NCBI GenBank assembly: GCA_000091205.1
Contig: AP006495.2
From: Cyanidioschyzon merolae
Lineage: Eukaryota
Strand: one strand, 5' to 3'
Length of the DNA stretch: 64,000 nucleotides
Within the stretch, counting starts at the first letter, position 1. Each line of letters starts with the position of its first letter. This document shows positions 11,146 through 22,744 of this stretch, piece after piece. A program made the position numbers and the translations under genes. The notes beneath the pieces were generated by a model. That model had not been told where the DNA came from and did not search any database. It was given only the letters and a program-made list of their open reading frames with translations.

Positions 11146-11450
11146 GGATACCTGCTAGACTCGTCTTGACTCGATATGCCAATAACTGCGAGACAGGTAT
11201 CCTATCTAAAAAATACGATATTCGCGGTGGAGGTCCACGCTTGCCAGGATACCTGCTAGATTCGTCTTGACTCGATATGCCAGTGACTGCGAGACAGGTA
11301 TCCTATCTAAAAAATACGATATTCGCGGTGGAGGTCCACGCTTGCCAGGATACCTGCTAGATTCGTCTTGACTCGATATGCCAGTGACTGCGAGACAGGT
11401 ATTCAATCTAAAGAATACGATGTTCGCGACGGGGCTCTGCCCTTGAAATC
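11146..11450. repeat. Minisatellite, 101-bp unit x 3, each unit bounded by a 9-bp inverted repeat (ggatacctg ... caggtatcc)
   Basis: Units begin at 11146, 11247 and 11348 (ggatacctgctagaytcgtcttgactcgatatgcca..). The third unit is diverged at its 3' end. Confidence 0.85.
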
Positions 11451-12366
11451 TCCTCAGACTCAGCATCTTCTCCACGCACGGAGACTGGGCCAAAGCCAGC
11501 ATAGCGCTGAAACGCCAGTCTATAGTGTGGAATCCCTGATTTGATGACCCGTAGCGTTCAAGTATTCCGGGAAACCGAATCGATGCATCAACCCTGCGTC
11601 TTCCAAGAGGCTTGGCGACCGCTTCATCTTGCCAATGACGCTTTGATGCTGCTGCCTGCATGCGCCTGTTGACGTTGCGTACACGCGTGATGCACCCAGG
11701 CCGTCTACAACCGCTGACAGACGAACAGGGAACCCGAATCGCGCAACGCGTACGGGTATCACGCGAGTCACCCACCGTGCCGCACCCTGTGCCGAAGCTC
11801 CGCCAGTCACCACTAGTGCGCTCCATCGGGGGTTTCGGATCGTTCGTTTCAGCACCCTGACGCCGATCGCCAGCCACGGCGCCTGTAGCGCCGCGACGGA
11901 CGCCACCCGGAGACAAGGATCCGCTTTCCCGTAGCCAAGTGAGCATCCTCAGCGATACCGTAAGCAGGTGCACTCCATCTGTTCAATCAATACATCATGG
12001 GTACGATCCAAGGAGTCCCCGCCAGCCCGCGCCTCGTCAGTGTTCGCAGAGGCGTCCGGCATACCCGGGATGTTTTTCATGGACAAAACGTTTACCCAGG
12101 CCAGCGTTCTCCGATTATGCGCATTTTGCTTCTCTTACTTTTTTGTGAGTGTTTTTTCAGTGCGAGGTGAAGTATCTATCAAACCCCCTACCTCCATGTT
12201 ACATTACCTATACGGCATACCAGGGATACCCATCGCATGCAACGCGTTCGACGGGAAGTGCGCTGAGATTGCAGCGCCAGACGCTGGGCGACAATGAAGG
12301 AACGTGTGGCTCCGCGCTGCTGCGCTTTACGGGGCTCTACGAGCAGCGCTCGCAAACCAAACACCC

Positions 12367-13362
12367 ATGACGCAGGCCAGTCACCAACCGTTGTTCTATG
12401 GACTCTCCGATGGGAATAGGATCCCATCTCTTGGACTCGGTACGTGGAAAGCAGAACCTGGCCAGATTGGGGAAGTCGTGCAGAAAGCGATCGAGCTTGG
12501 TTATCGTCATATTGACTGCGCCGCGGTTTACATGAACGAGAAGGAGATCGGCGGAGCCTTTCGTCGTGTATTCTCCAGTGGATACGTCAAAAGGGAGGAG
12601 CTATTCGTAACATCGAAACTGTGGAACACGTGTCACCGTCCAGAACACGTCGTTGAGGCCTGTAAACAGACGTTGGCAGACTTGCAGCTGGAATATCTCG
12701 ACCTGTACTTGATTCACTGGCCATTTGCATGGGAGTTCTGCGGCTCACCGCTGAATGAGAATACATGGAAAGGTGTCGACGGTGCTGGGAATATTCGTTT
12801 TGACCACGGTGTGACCTTGCAGCAGACCTGGGCTGCGATGGAATCACTTGTGGAGCAGGGGCTCGTTCGGAGTATCGGCGTCAGCAACTATGGCCTGGCG
12901 GAGCTGCATGATCTGCTGTCCTATGCGCGCATCAAGCCCGTGGTGAATCAGATTGAAGCACATCCATACAACTCCCGAGCCGAGCACGTCCAGGAGGCGA
13001 AAAGGATGGGGCTTCTCGTCGAAGCGTACGCACCGCTCGGATCCGGAACGCTCGGGATGTTGCGGGATCCAGCAATCCAGAACCTGGCGAAGAAGTATCA
13101 GGCAACGCCAGCTCAGATATGCTTGGCATGGAACATACAGCGTGGGTGTGTTGTCCTGCCCAAGTCTGTCTCTCCGGATCGCTTGCGGGAGAATCTGGAT
13201 GCCGTTCGCATTCTACTCGACGCTGCCGACATGGACACGTTGAACGGAATGGATCGGGCCCTGTTGGCCTGCGATATGCGCGTCTACTGGCCGTATCCGG
13301 TTCCAGAAGAGGCTGTTCGCCCGGAGCGCTTCCAAAACACATCTTCGAATGGACACTCGTGA
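12367..13362 (+). CDS. Aldo-keto reductase (AKR1-like NADPH-dependent oxidoreductase)
   Basis: IPSLGLGTWKAEPGQ, LGYRHIDCAAVYMNE, LYLIHWPFA, IGVSNY and the LPKS C-terminal NADP-binding motif. Frame opens at 12298 after a TGA; the track start at 12304 is GTG; first ATG at 12367. Confidence 0.9.
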   Translation: MTQASHQPLFYGLSDGNRIPSLGLGTWKAEPGQIGEVVQKAIELGYRHIDCAAVYMNEKEIGGAFRRVFSSGYVKREELFVTSKLWNTCHRPEHVVEACKQTLADLQLEYLDLYLIHWPFAWEFCGSPLNENTWKGVDGAGNIRFDHGVTLQQTWAAMESLVEQGLVRSIGVSNYGLAELHDLLSYARIKPVVNQIEAHPYNSRAEHVQEAKRMGLLVEAYAPLGSGTLGMLRDPAIQNLAKKYQATPAQICLAWNIQRGCVVLPKSVSPDRLRENLDAVRILLDAADMDTLNGMDRALLACDMRVYWPYPVPEEAVRPERFQNTSSNGHS

Positions 13363-15622
13363 GGTGGCTGGTTCGCTTCTGGAGCAAGTTGTACGTCTAC
13401 ATAAAGTACGGGATCGAAGACTGGTTGCGGATTCGTGGAGGGTCTGGTGTGACGGCCCCGGGAGCCGCCTCAGCCGGATGCAGGACGCAGTGCAAAGCAC
13501 TCGGGAACACTGCATGTTGACGGCTTCGATCTTGAGCATCTCTCGTGCCAGGCATTGACCGCTGATCACTGCAGGCCTTTGGACGTCCAGCGTTGCTGCA
13601 TTCATCGGGGAGAACGTAGAACGAGAGTTACAGTGATGTGGATCATGTGTAAATGTGTGGCCCGGGCGCCAACGAGCTACGTCATGATGCTCCGCGAACT
13701 TGCTCGACGTGCAGCAACCGGCATACGAGAACCGTGTCGTCGCTCTGCCGCAGCTGGCAGCGCTGAGTTTGGCGAATGACGTTCCGATACAGAATGCCAC
13801 CGGAGGCAGTCAAGCAGAGCGCTGCATCCTCCAATTGTCATCGGCATACGCTGCGGAGAACGTACCGTCCTTTTCCTTGGAGCACAGAACAAACCGGCAA
13901 GAACGTGGTGAGCGCTGAGGTGCAGCCGCTGTTTACTCAGCACCGTACACGAATCTGCTTCAAACAGAACACTAAACTGGTTGCGCTGTGCTTGCCTGTC
14001 GAGTCTTTTTTTCGGAACATGCTTCAGGTGTGCAGTTTCGACGTTCTTCATGCAGCTATGAGGGCGTAGGTAGTCGAGAATAGTTTTGAGAGTCTTTGTC
14101 GTCGTTTGGCAGTGGCCTCGTCGACGCTTCTTCTGTGGTGATTCGTCAGCTCACCGGAGTCAAGATGTTTCACGACGCCATGGAACAAGGGTTTGATACA
14201 TAAACGGTATCATGAACCTATTCATGCGCAGAGGAGTCCATGCTTCTGGATTCCTTACTTGTAGCATGCGCAAATCACCCTTTTTTTAAAATCGTGATCT
14301 TTATGGTTCACGGCAACTCGTGGATGCAACAGGTCATACCGCCGGACAGACGCGAAAAAATAATCGACATCATCACTTGTCGCCTATTGCACAGGTCCAT
14401 CGCAAGCGTTTCCCGGACATGTCATGGTGAATCATCGATTGCGTACGAAAGACGGAATCGCCCCTCTTTGTTGACATGGACAAAACGGCATTCCACGGAA
14501 GCAAGAACCGTCTCATGGGATACGAGCCCAGAGGGTCCCTTCTCTTCCGTTTGCAAGCAAAAAAAAAGTCCTGGAATCGGACTTGAGTCATCAAAGTCGT
14601 GAATGCCCGCTGCGCGTGCATCTACGTTTGGTAACGAGGGAGCGGAAAACGACCGATATTTCATGACCTGATCTGCAGACTGGATTCTACTCCCAGTACA
14701 TGTTTCGCGGTGGTGGACAAGTTCGCATTCCACAAATCCTCTATCGAATGGGAAGCGTATGCTTGCGCGTACAGCAGACAGCATCTCCTAGAGCAGGCCT
14801 GTGATCCTGGGATGCCGCACTAGACGCGGAATCGGAGATGTGCATCGACGGCAGCCTTCTGGATGCGTCAACAGGACGTACTGAGCGATGAACCAGGCGT
14901 TCACGTGCCATAGAGCGGCACCGGTACGAGGAAGCTCGGCAGACATACAGGAACTCCTGACAATATGCAAGTGTGGTCGATTCAACGGACGCATCGAGTC
15001 TATGTCCAATTAGATGAAAGCGGCCAGCGAAACGTAGACCACAACTGTCGTCTGTGCATGGAGTGCGTAGACAACTGCTGACAGCGTTCAAGTCGGGAAT
15101 TCGCTGCTGTCGTCACCCTCCTTCGACCGCTCATAATGAATCGAGAGAGACAGGGGAAATCGGCGTATTAAAACCCGGATTTCCGTGATAGAAAAAGGAA
15201 GAATCTACAGAGAAAGCTCGCAAAGCCTGGTGGTGAACCATACCGAGTAGACACCCTAACAGAACCGTGTATGTTTGTTGTAGTGAGTTTGTCGCATTTG
15301 ATACGAATATGGGTGTGCCTTGGCGTCGACTTTTCCCGACCACAGTCTGCGCTTGATCCGATGTTGTTGTTGTTGCTGCTGCTGCGGGGCTTTCTCTATA
15401 TCCGCTTGGTTCTGGGAACACAAGTCGCTTAGCGTTTAGACACGTCGAGAAACTTGGAACACCAGTTGCATAGGCACTAGGTGCTGGTCTCACGCAGCGC
15501 GTCGTTTGCCAAGAGCGGGACGCCCTGGTGCAGAGGCCTCGCCTTGCACGCCAGTCCTGTTGGATATGGTAAGCGTGCGCACCAAGACGCTGCTCCGAAC
15601 CGTACGTAGGTAGACTGCAGTG

Positions 15623-16786
15623 ATGTTCGCGCGAAGACACAGCCGTCGCTTGCGACGCTTCAGACGGCGAGCACTGTCGCGGAAAAAACACAGATACCGG
15701 TTGCGGGCACGAATCCTTTCCGGGTGCCAAGTCGTCGACAGGACGGCGTATGCGCAGGAGCTCTTCTATCGTGGCCTTCCAGGGAGTGCGCTGATGCACC
15801 CAGTTACCAGGTTCAGTTGCACAAGCGGCGACCGACACCGCACAGGTCAACAGTGCCGGCACGATGCGCGGTTCCCGCTCAAGCAGCGTCCGGAAAAGTC
15901 GCTGCGTCGCGAATATTGCGCCTTCGCCCTAGACATACGGCAGCAGAGAGCCCACCGGGAACCGCAGGCGGCACATCCCGCTGTGACTCGCGCTACGCGG
16001 CATGTCCATGGACAGAACTTGGTACAATGGGCTTGGTCACCTTCGAATCGGGACCGGGTTCTCACGTACATCACTGACGCTCGTATCGGTTTGCGTGGCA
16101 ACGACCTGCAGCGGTTGCAGCATCCGAACTGGCTTAACGATGAGGTCATCAACGCGTATTTGGGTCTCCTCAATCGAGAGTATCGCCAGCACGGCGTCTA
16201 TTGCTTTCATTCCTTTTTCTATACGCGTTTGACGAGTCCCAGCTACTGCTTTGCGTACGTTCGGCGCTGGACGACTCGAGCTCGCTTCACGATCCATCGA
16301 GACGCTTTACTGCTCATTCCAGTGAATATTGCTCAACGCCATTGGGTTCTGGTCGCCATCGACGCGAACCGGCGCGAGCTGCGCTGCTACGACTCCATGC
16401 ACAGCCAAGACGGATGGTGTGTGCTTCCGAACCTCCGCCATTGGCTGACTGACGAATGCATCGACAAGGGCGTCGAGGATCCTTGGCTGCTTTCCGATTC
16501 GTGGACGTTATCGCTTGCCCACGAGCATGAACGGATTCCTCGCCAGACGGACGGTGGCTCGTGTGGGGTCTTTTCTCTGCTCTTCGCCGAGGCACTGGCC
16601 AAGAACTGGAGCCCTGCGCGTGTTCCGTCGCCAGGCAAGCCGGCACCGCTGCCGTTGACGAGTCTTCGGTTCCAGTTTGCGCAACGAGACATCCCGGAGC
16701 TGCGCAAGCGCCTAGTGATGGCACTCCTTCGCCAGCAGAGCAGCCTGGATGCCCCTGAAGCCTCCGTGGATCGCATATCCCGATAG
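15623..16786 (+). CDS. Ulp1/SENP-family SUMO-specific cysteine protease (peptidase C48)
   Basis: Catalytic-domain signatures: LQHPNWLNDEVINAYLGLL, HWVLVAID (catalytic His), RCYDSMHS (Asp) and QTDGGSCGVFSLLFAEAL (catalytic Cys). Basic N-terminal region. Confidence 0.75.
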   Translation: MFARRHSRRLRRFRRRALSRKKHRYRLRARILSGCQVVDRTAYAQELFYRGLPGSALMHPVTRFSCTSGDRHRTGQQCRHDARFPLKQRPEKSLRREYCAFALDIRQQRAHREPQAAHPAVTRATRHVHGQNLVQWAWSPSNRDRVLTYITDARIGLRGNDLQRLQHPNWLNDEVINAYLGLLNREYRQHGVYCFHSFFYTRLTSPSYCFAYVRRWTTRARFTIHRDALLLIPVNIAQRHWVLVAIDANRRELRCYDSMHSQDGWCVLPNLRHWLTDECIDKGVEDPWLLSDSWTLSLAHEHERIPRQTDGGSCGVFSLLFAEALAKNWSPARVPSPGKPAPLPLTSLRFQFAQRDIPELRKRLVMALLRQQSSLDAPEASVDRISR

Positions 16787-16954
16787 AGGAGCGCGCCGTG
16801 CGTCTAGGACTGCACTGCGTCCCAGGGGATGTCAGCTTGGAGACGGTGACACAGCTCCAGGTCCAACCGAGAAGAAACGCGTCGACTACATGAAGTACGC
16901 GCACGAGCGGCATGCTCGCTTGCACGCGGGCGTTCGGCGTAAAACGTGACACAG

Positions 16955-17062
16955 CAATGCGCTCGTTTACGAGACTAGACCATGAAAGCGTGTGGTGTTT
17001 CCGCCTGACATGCTGATGAAGCAATGCGTTCATTTACGAGACTAGACCATCAAAGTGCGGTG
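16955..17062. repeat. Pair of 40-bp direct repeats in convergent 3' intergenic region
   Basis: agcaatgcgctcgtttacgagactagaccatgaaagcgtg (16955-16994) and agcaatgcgttcatttacgagactagaccatcaaagtgcg (17022-17061), between the stop codons of the Ulp1 gene (+) and the DAO-like gene (-). Confidence 0.6.
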
Positions 17063-17110
17063 CATCGTGCGGCACCTACCTGTTTCATCAGACCAGTGAA
17101 ACCGGGCTCA

Positions 17111-19456
17111 TCATCGTTCTGGTGACGTGTCACTGTTCGGTGCACTGCGGCTTTCTTTCGGGTTCTCCATAAAATTGCGAATTTGTGCAAAAGCGTCGAA
17201 CATGGACTGACGAACAGCGTCGGCGCCTTGCGATCCCTCCTTCGCAGGCAAAGATGCTTTTTCGCCCTGGGATTGGGCTGCTGCGGCTTCCGCTTGGGTG
17301 TCCATCTGTACCTGCGTTTCCTGGCCTATCTCATCGTCAGTGATATCCAGTTTCCAGTCCTGTTCGTATTCACGCAGTGCAGCAGCGATGCCTTCTCGCA
17401 TGCGCTGAAACAGTTCTTCGCGAGACGTCGCTGCCGATGCCGTCGCTGGATGCGTTCCTGTGGCATTTGCTGCGGGGCGTGATGCCTCACTCGTCGTACC
17501 GTTCTTTCCAGCAATGGAGATGTCATCGTATGCGTTCAGGCTGGCAGCTGATTTCGCGTTTTGGTACGCGTCAGGACTCGTACTTGGTGCAGGCGCTGGC
17601 GTAGAGCGTTTGCTAGAGCTGGCGTCTTCAGAGGTTCCATTTTGCGGTTTTGGAGACGTTCGCGGGACGCGCGTTTCCTCGAGCACCTGTTTGAGGCGTT
17701 CCTCGTCCAAAGCGTCCAGCACTGCCCACGGCCATTGGACGGCTGCTCCGGAGCTCTTGCCCGCTTTCATTGGGTCCGGTGGCGCAGGGATGCCTGAACC
17801 AGGCGCAACAGGCTCCAACGACCCGTCCTCTGCAATTTTCCATATTAAAACCTCCGATTCGTCCTCAGGTGATGAAGGCGCTGCGTCCGCTGCAAGCGTT
17901 CCTGGTCCCGCTTGAGCGGCTGGTGCCGGTGCGCTGCTTTCGTTCGGGTTGGCGCTCTTGTCACTGCCCAGTGAGACGCCAGCGACTGCATCCGGTGATC
18001 CTGGCGATGATGCTGTAGTTGGAGCAGGTGATTCGGCAGCACGTCCACCGATGCTTGCATCAGCGGGGTATGCCGCCCTCCTAGGCGAATGAGGCGGGCT
18101 CGTCGACCTCGCTTTCTCAGCCCCATCTGTGAAGCGCTCAAAACGACAAGCACGAAGGAGCTGTGTGTCGAGCGTCGGAGACGTTCCGAGTACTTGATCG
18201 GCAACGACTTGCGCAACGAGCGGTGCCAGCAAGATGCCATTACGCCAGTGTCCCAGTGCGTAGTACATGTTCGAGTATTCCATTGATGGACCCAGAATCG
18301 GTAGAAGATCAGGCGTCAGCGGGCGAAAACCGCTCCAGGTTCGATCGAGCGTCCAGTCGGCGAGCGCTGGACAGAGCTTCTCTAGACGCTGCAAGAGGCC
18401 ACTGATACCTCTGGCCGTACAACGGTTGTCGAAGCCGGCATCCTCAACCGTGCTTCCGATCACGATTTTTCCAGAGAGCCGCTTCGGTGCCATGTAGAGA
18501 TCGGCTCCGTACAGAACTCGCCTCACGAGTAAGTCCATAGCCGTGGCGGCTCCAGGGGCGCTGATGCTCAGCATCTGGCCTTTTTGGGGCTTTACCGGCA
18601 CCGGCACGAGCTGCCGGGCCCATGCCCCACTTGCCAATATGAAAGCATTTCCGTAGAGCAGGTTGCCCGACGCGAGGCGCACTGCCTCGATTCGCTGGGT
18701 CTTGCCATGTCTCGCTGCGACAAGGCACGAGGCCTCGTTGCCCTCCATGAGCCGTACACCAAGGTTTCCGCACGCCAGCGTGAGTGCTTCCATGAGCGCA
18801 ACGTTGTCTACTTGGCCGTCCTGCGGAAAAAGCCAGGCCCCTGCGAGTTGGGCGTCGCTGGTGAGCCCAGGTTCCAGCTGACGCGCTTCATCAGCGCTGA
18901 GAAAGTAGGCCTCGCCGGCGTCCGCCGGTGGCCTCCAGCCGTGCACCGCGTCACCTGGAAAAGCCGGAGCGAGGAGGCCACACGGATCGTAGCCAGTGCT
19001 TACACCACCGGCGGCCTGTTCCACCCGGCGCACGAACTGAGCGTAGCGCTCTCGTGCAGCGAGGCAGAGCTCAAGCAGTGGCCCAGGGGGCAAGCGCTCG
19101 CCCTGTGGGGCCAGCATCCCGCCAGCTGCCACCGCTGCAGACTCGCTGCGACGTCGTGAAACCACGATCACCTGGGGCGCCGCCGGACGCTGAGCCAGCT
19201 CTACAGCTGTAGATAGACCAGTGATGCCGCCCCCAATGATCACGATCGTTTCTCTGGGGTTTCCTCGGGGAACATGCTGCATGCGCAGCCTACTGACCGT
19301 TCGAGTACGAGGTCGCCGCCTCCAGCGAGCACTCCAAGCCGCAAGCGCCCTGTGTTCCTCACTGCAGCGCCCCTCGGTGCTACTTGGCACCCCAAGTGCA
19401 AATGATCTGTTCTCCCTATGTACATTGATGGGAATGCTTATGAACGCTGGGCTCAT
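17111..19456 (-). CDS. FAD-dependent oxidoreductase of the DAO / glycine-oxidase (ThiO-like) family, with a roughly 330-aa disordered A/S/P/E-rich C-terminal tail
   Basis: ATG start; N-terminal presequence-like basic stretch, then dinucleotide-binding TIVIIGGGITGLSTAVELAQR; DAO-family body (..YGADLYMAPKRLSGKIVIGSTVEDAGFD..ALGHWRNGILLAPLVAQVVAD). The last third is low complexity (SPPHSPRRAAYPADASIGGRAAESPAPTTASSPGSPDAVAG...). Confidence 0.7.
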   Translation of the reverse strand: MSPAFISIPINVHRENRSFALGVPSSTEGRCSEEHRALAAWSARWRRRPRTRTVSRLRMQHVPRGNPRETIVIIGGGITGLSTAVELAQRPAAPQVIVVSRRRSESAAVAAGGMLAPQGERLPPGPLLELCLAARERYAQFVRRVEQAAGGVSTGYDPCGLLAPAFPGDAVHGWRPPADAGEAYFLSADEARQLEPGLTSDAQLAGAWLFPQDGQVDNVALMEALTLACGNLGVRLMEGNEASCLVAARHGKTQRIEAVRLASGNLLYGNAFILASGAWARQLVPVPVKPQKGQMLSISAPGAATAMDLLVRRVLYGADLYMAPKRLSGKIVIGSTVEDAGFDNRCTARGISGLLQRLEKLCPALADWTLDRTWSGFRPLTPDLLPILGPSMEYSNMYYALGHWRNGILLAPLVAQVVADQVLGTSPTLDTQLLRACRFERFTDGAEKARSTSPPHSPRRAAYPADASIGGRAAESPAPTTASSPGSPDAVAGVSLGSDKSANPNESSAPAPAAQAGPGTLAADAAPSSPEDESEVLIWKIAEDGSLEPVAPGSGIPAPPDPMKAGKSSGAAVQWPWAVLDALDEERLKQVLEETRVPRTSPKPQNGTSEDASSSKRSTPAPAPSTSPDAYQNAKSAASLNAYDDISIAGKNGTTSEASRPAANATGTHPATASAATSREELFQRMREGIAAALREYEQDWKLDITDDEIGQETQVQMDTQAEAAAAQSQGEKASLPAKEGSQGADAVRQSMFDAFAQIRNFMENPKESRSAPNSDTSPER

Positions 19457-21088
19457 TCTTCTTCACAAAGGAACAACAACAACAACGACAACAACAAGAA
19501 TGAGCAGCACTGAACGAATCACTGCGTTCCGGCAGCGAGCCAGCGGTGCGTCGTTGCGTCAACGCGCCCATCGGCCTGCTTCGATGCCGCGGACGGGCCG
19601 GCTGTAGCGGGCGGCGTTATCCTATGTACCTTATCAGGTGTGCACGTACGGGGCGGGGCCCATCATCACTATCACTATCACTATCAACATCAACAACAAA
19701 AACATCATCAAGAACAAAATCAACGACAACAACATTAAGAACAAAAACAACAACAACATCATCAACAAGTACGGCGATCCTAGTGTTCGTATTCATACTG
19801 CACCAGTGCTCGACTGCGCGCAGTTGTAGCGGGATCGTTGTCCATGCTCGTGCGAACCATAAACAAAAGAGCATTCGTGTGCGTGCCAGAGAGAGAGAGA
19901 GATAGAGGAACATCCTGGAGAGCGTTCTTGCGGGTAATATCGTCTGGACGTTTGTTGGAAAGTGCAGGAAGAGCTCTGGGAGCAATTGATCCTGCATGGA
20001 CGGTGCGATCGTGAGCGGCTATGAACGTGCATCCCGGGCGGCGAATGCACTCTACATCCAGCGGTTCCGCGTGCTGGTTCCAGATGCACAGCCATGCCCT
20101 TCGATGCACACATGTTCATAGAGGCGTGGATCTGCCGTGTGAGTGCTCCGGTTCTAGCGGTGAATGCGGGCGATCGGGTCGATAGGTCACCAATCCCGTG
20201 TCAGGTGCTCATAGGTATGCGATTCCGGAGGCGTCCTGCAGCGCACGGCGGTGCAACTTCACCGACCGAGCCGCAGATGAACCGGCACCGTGTCCAGCGT
20301 CGCCTCCGCAACGCGTCCGGTATGGTGTCAAACGAGCGCCACGCGATTCACTGAGCCAGCGACTCCACGAAGCGGTTCGCCTCGGCGAGACTGCCTCCGT
20401 ACGACAGGTACGCCGTCCGTGAGCCGCTCTTCGGATGTAGGGTACGGTGACGCCTTCCAGTCGTCTGGCGGTGCATGCGTGCTGCCGTCGCCGCGGAGCT
20501 CATCGCGGGCACAATGATGAACTTGCGGACCTGCAGGCGCTGAAATTGCATCAGACACATTTACGTATGATATCCGATGCATGAATTGAACCGGAGACTC
20601 TATGGGAACGCAGATTTCACCAATGACCTGGAAAGAGGTCACAGCTTCGCTTCTCCGCGGTCCTTTCGTTGTCGTATCAGCGCGCGTGCGGCTGCATGAG
20701 CGACTTTTCTGGTCGACGCGGCGGCAGCCTACCGGATCGTGGCACACACCAGGGATCTGCGATGGCGTGCGCGGGTTATCGGAGTCACGGGGGCAGCAGC
20801 CGGAATCCCGCACGAAAAGCATTCGAGTGCGGAGGCATGCGTTTCTGAGGACCTCTAGAATACATGCGACAACAACTAGGCTTCTCTGTTGACACATTCG
20901 ATGTACTATGAGAGACAGGCCGTGCATAAACGCCGCTTCCCAGTGATGCTGCAGCAACCGGACACAGGTCAGAGGCGCCGGGGGCCGGCCATCGATGATT
21001 CGTTGCGAAGGCTGAGCGTTTTGTTGTGCGATCGTCGGGCAGCGCTGGCATAGACAGTGTAAACTGGTAGACTTATCTTTCGGTTGGG
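19457..21088. promoter_or_regulatory. Divergent (bidirectional) promoter region between the DAO-like gene (-) and the LPD gene (+), containing an AAC-rich low-complexity tract and a (GA)n run
   Basis: Start codons of the two flanking genes face outward at 19456 and 21089. 19660-19790 is atcactatcactatcaacatcaacaacaaaaacatcatcaagaacaaaatcaacgacaacaac...; 19881-19905 is cagagagagagagagatagag. Function is inferred from position only. Confidence 0.3.
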
Positions 21089-22744
21089 ATGCTGTCCAAT
21101 TCATCGTTTTGTCAAAGAGCTTCAGTCACACGTCTAGTTCAAAGTGTGCAGCTGCTTGCTCCGAACGCAAGAACCTGGCTCGGGCGGGCGTCGTACGACC
21201 AGCCCCTGTACGGAGCGGCGAGCGGCGGTGCGCTGGTGCGAGGCCAGCGCGTACCAGCAGTTAGCTCCAGCGCGCAGCGACACAGGTACAGCACTGTAGC
21301 TGGCGGATCGCTCGGTGAATTTGACGTAGTTGTCATCGGTGGTGGACCTGGTGGCTACGTTGCTGCGATCAAGGCTGCGCAACTTGGCCTGAAAACCGCC
21401 TGTGTAGAAAAACGCGGGAGTCTTGGCGGTACCTGCTTGAACGTCGGTTGCATCCCGTCCAAGGCGTTACTACACTCGTCTCACCTCTATGAGGAGGCGA
21501 AACATGCTTTCCCAACCCATGGAATTCGCATCGAGGGCAAAGTCACGTTAGAACTTCCTGCGATGATGAAGCAGAAGATGAACTCTGTTCGGGGCCTCAC
21601 GAAAGGCATTGAGGCGCTATTCAAAAAGAATCAGGTGACGTATGTGAAAGGCACGGGAAAGCTAGCGAGCGCGACGCAGATAAAGGTGCGCCCTCCAGAT
21701 AGCGACGAGTTTGCCCAGGAGATACATGCCAAGAACATTATTATTGCAACTGGCTCGGAACCTGTAGCCCTGCCCATGCTTCCCTTCGATGAGAAACGGG
21801 TCGTATCGTCGACAGGAGCGCTCTCTCTTCCAACGATACCCCAGCGGATGGCGGTCATTGGCGGCGGCTATATTGGCCTCGAAATGGGCTCCGTCTGGCG
21901 ACGTCTCGGGGCCGAAGTAACCGTCATAGAGTTCACCGATCGGATCGTGCCGGCCATGGATCACGAAATCGGTGATCGTTTTCTGCAAATCCTGAAAAAG
22001 CAGGGACTCAAGTTCAAGCTGGGAACCAAAGTCACGGGAGCCAAGATTCCCGCGGAGCCATCACCCGTCACGTTGGAGCTGGAGTCCGCCAAAGACAGCA
22101 GCAAGAAAGAGACGTTCGATGCGGACGTGGTGCTGGTAGCAACCGGTCGCCGCCCCTACACCGCGGAACTCGGCCTCGAGGCACTCGGTATCGAACTAGA
22201 CGATCGGGGGCGGATCCCCATCGATGATGCATTTCGGACGCGTGTTCCCAACATCTACGCTATTGGCGACGTGGTGCGCGGGGCGATGCTCGCGCACAAA
22301 GCCGAAGATGAGGGCATTGCCTGCGCTGAGACCATCGCCGGACACAAGGCACACCTGAATTACGATTGCATCCCAGGTGTTGTGTACACGCATCCAGAAG
22401 TCGCTTCTGTTGGCAAGACCGAGGAGGAACTGAAAGCAGCGGGCATTGCCTACAACAAGGGTACGTTCCCGTTCATGGCGAACAGTCGGGCCCGTACCAA
22501 CGACGCAGGCGGCGATTTTACCCAGGGCCTCGTGAAGGTGCTCGCGGAGAAGCAGACCGACCGGATCCTAGGACTTCACATCATTGGACCTGGTGCCGGT
22601 GAGATGATCGCTGAAGGTGTGCTGGCGATGGAGTACGGAGCATCCAGCGAAGATATCGCTCGAACCTGTCACGCGCACCCGACGCTAAGCGAGGCGCTTC
22701 GCGAAGCCGCCATGGCAACCTTTGATCGACCTATCCATTTCTGA
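21089..22744 (+). CDS. Dihydrolipoamide dehydrogenase (E3 of 2-oxoacid dehydrogenase complexes), mitochondrial precursor
   Basis: ATG start. N-terminal presequence (MLSNSSFCQRASVTRLVQSV..), FAD-binding VVVIGGGPGGYVAAIKAAQLG, redox-active disulfide GGTCLNVGCIPSK, NAD-binding MAVIGGGYIGLEMGSVW, C-terminal HAHPTLSEA dimerisation/His-Glu motif; 551 aa. Confidence 0.95.
   Translation: MLSNSSFCQRASVTRLVQSVQLLAPNARTWLGRASYDQPLYGAASGGALVRGQRVPAVSSSAQRHRYSTVAGGSLGEFDVVVIGGGPGGYVAAIKAAQLGLKTACVEKRGSLGGTCLNVGCIPSKALLHSSHLYEEAKHAFPTHGIRIEGKVTLELPAMMKQKMNSVRGLTKGIEALFKKNQVTYVKGTGKLASATQIKVRPPDSDEFAQEIHAKNIIIATGSEPVALPMLPFDEKRVVSSTGALSLPTIPQRMAVIGGGYIGLEMGSVWRRLGAEVTVIEFTDRIVPAMDHEIGDRFLQILKKQGLKFKLGTKVTGAKIPAEPSPVTLELESAKDSSKKETFDADVVLVATGRRPYTAELGLEALGIELDDRGRIPIDDAFRTRVPNIYAIGDVVRGAMLAHKAEDEGIACAETIAGHKAHLNYDCIPGVVYTHPEVASVGKTEEELKAAGIAYNKGTFPFMANSRARTNDAGGDFTQGLVKVLAEKQTDRILGLHIIGPGAGEMIAEGVLAMEYGASSEDIARTCHAHPTLSEALREAAMATFDRPIHF

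Noticed and set aside
20348-20560. 70-aa minus-strand basic ORF (..KFIIVPAMSSAATAARMHRQTTGRRHRTLHPKSG..) resembling a small ribosomal protein
   Set aside because: It matches no ribosomal-protein signature I can recall (L34/L36 patterns do not fit) and it sits in the divergent promoter spacer. It is probably a chance ORF.
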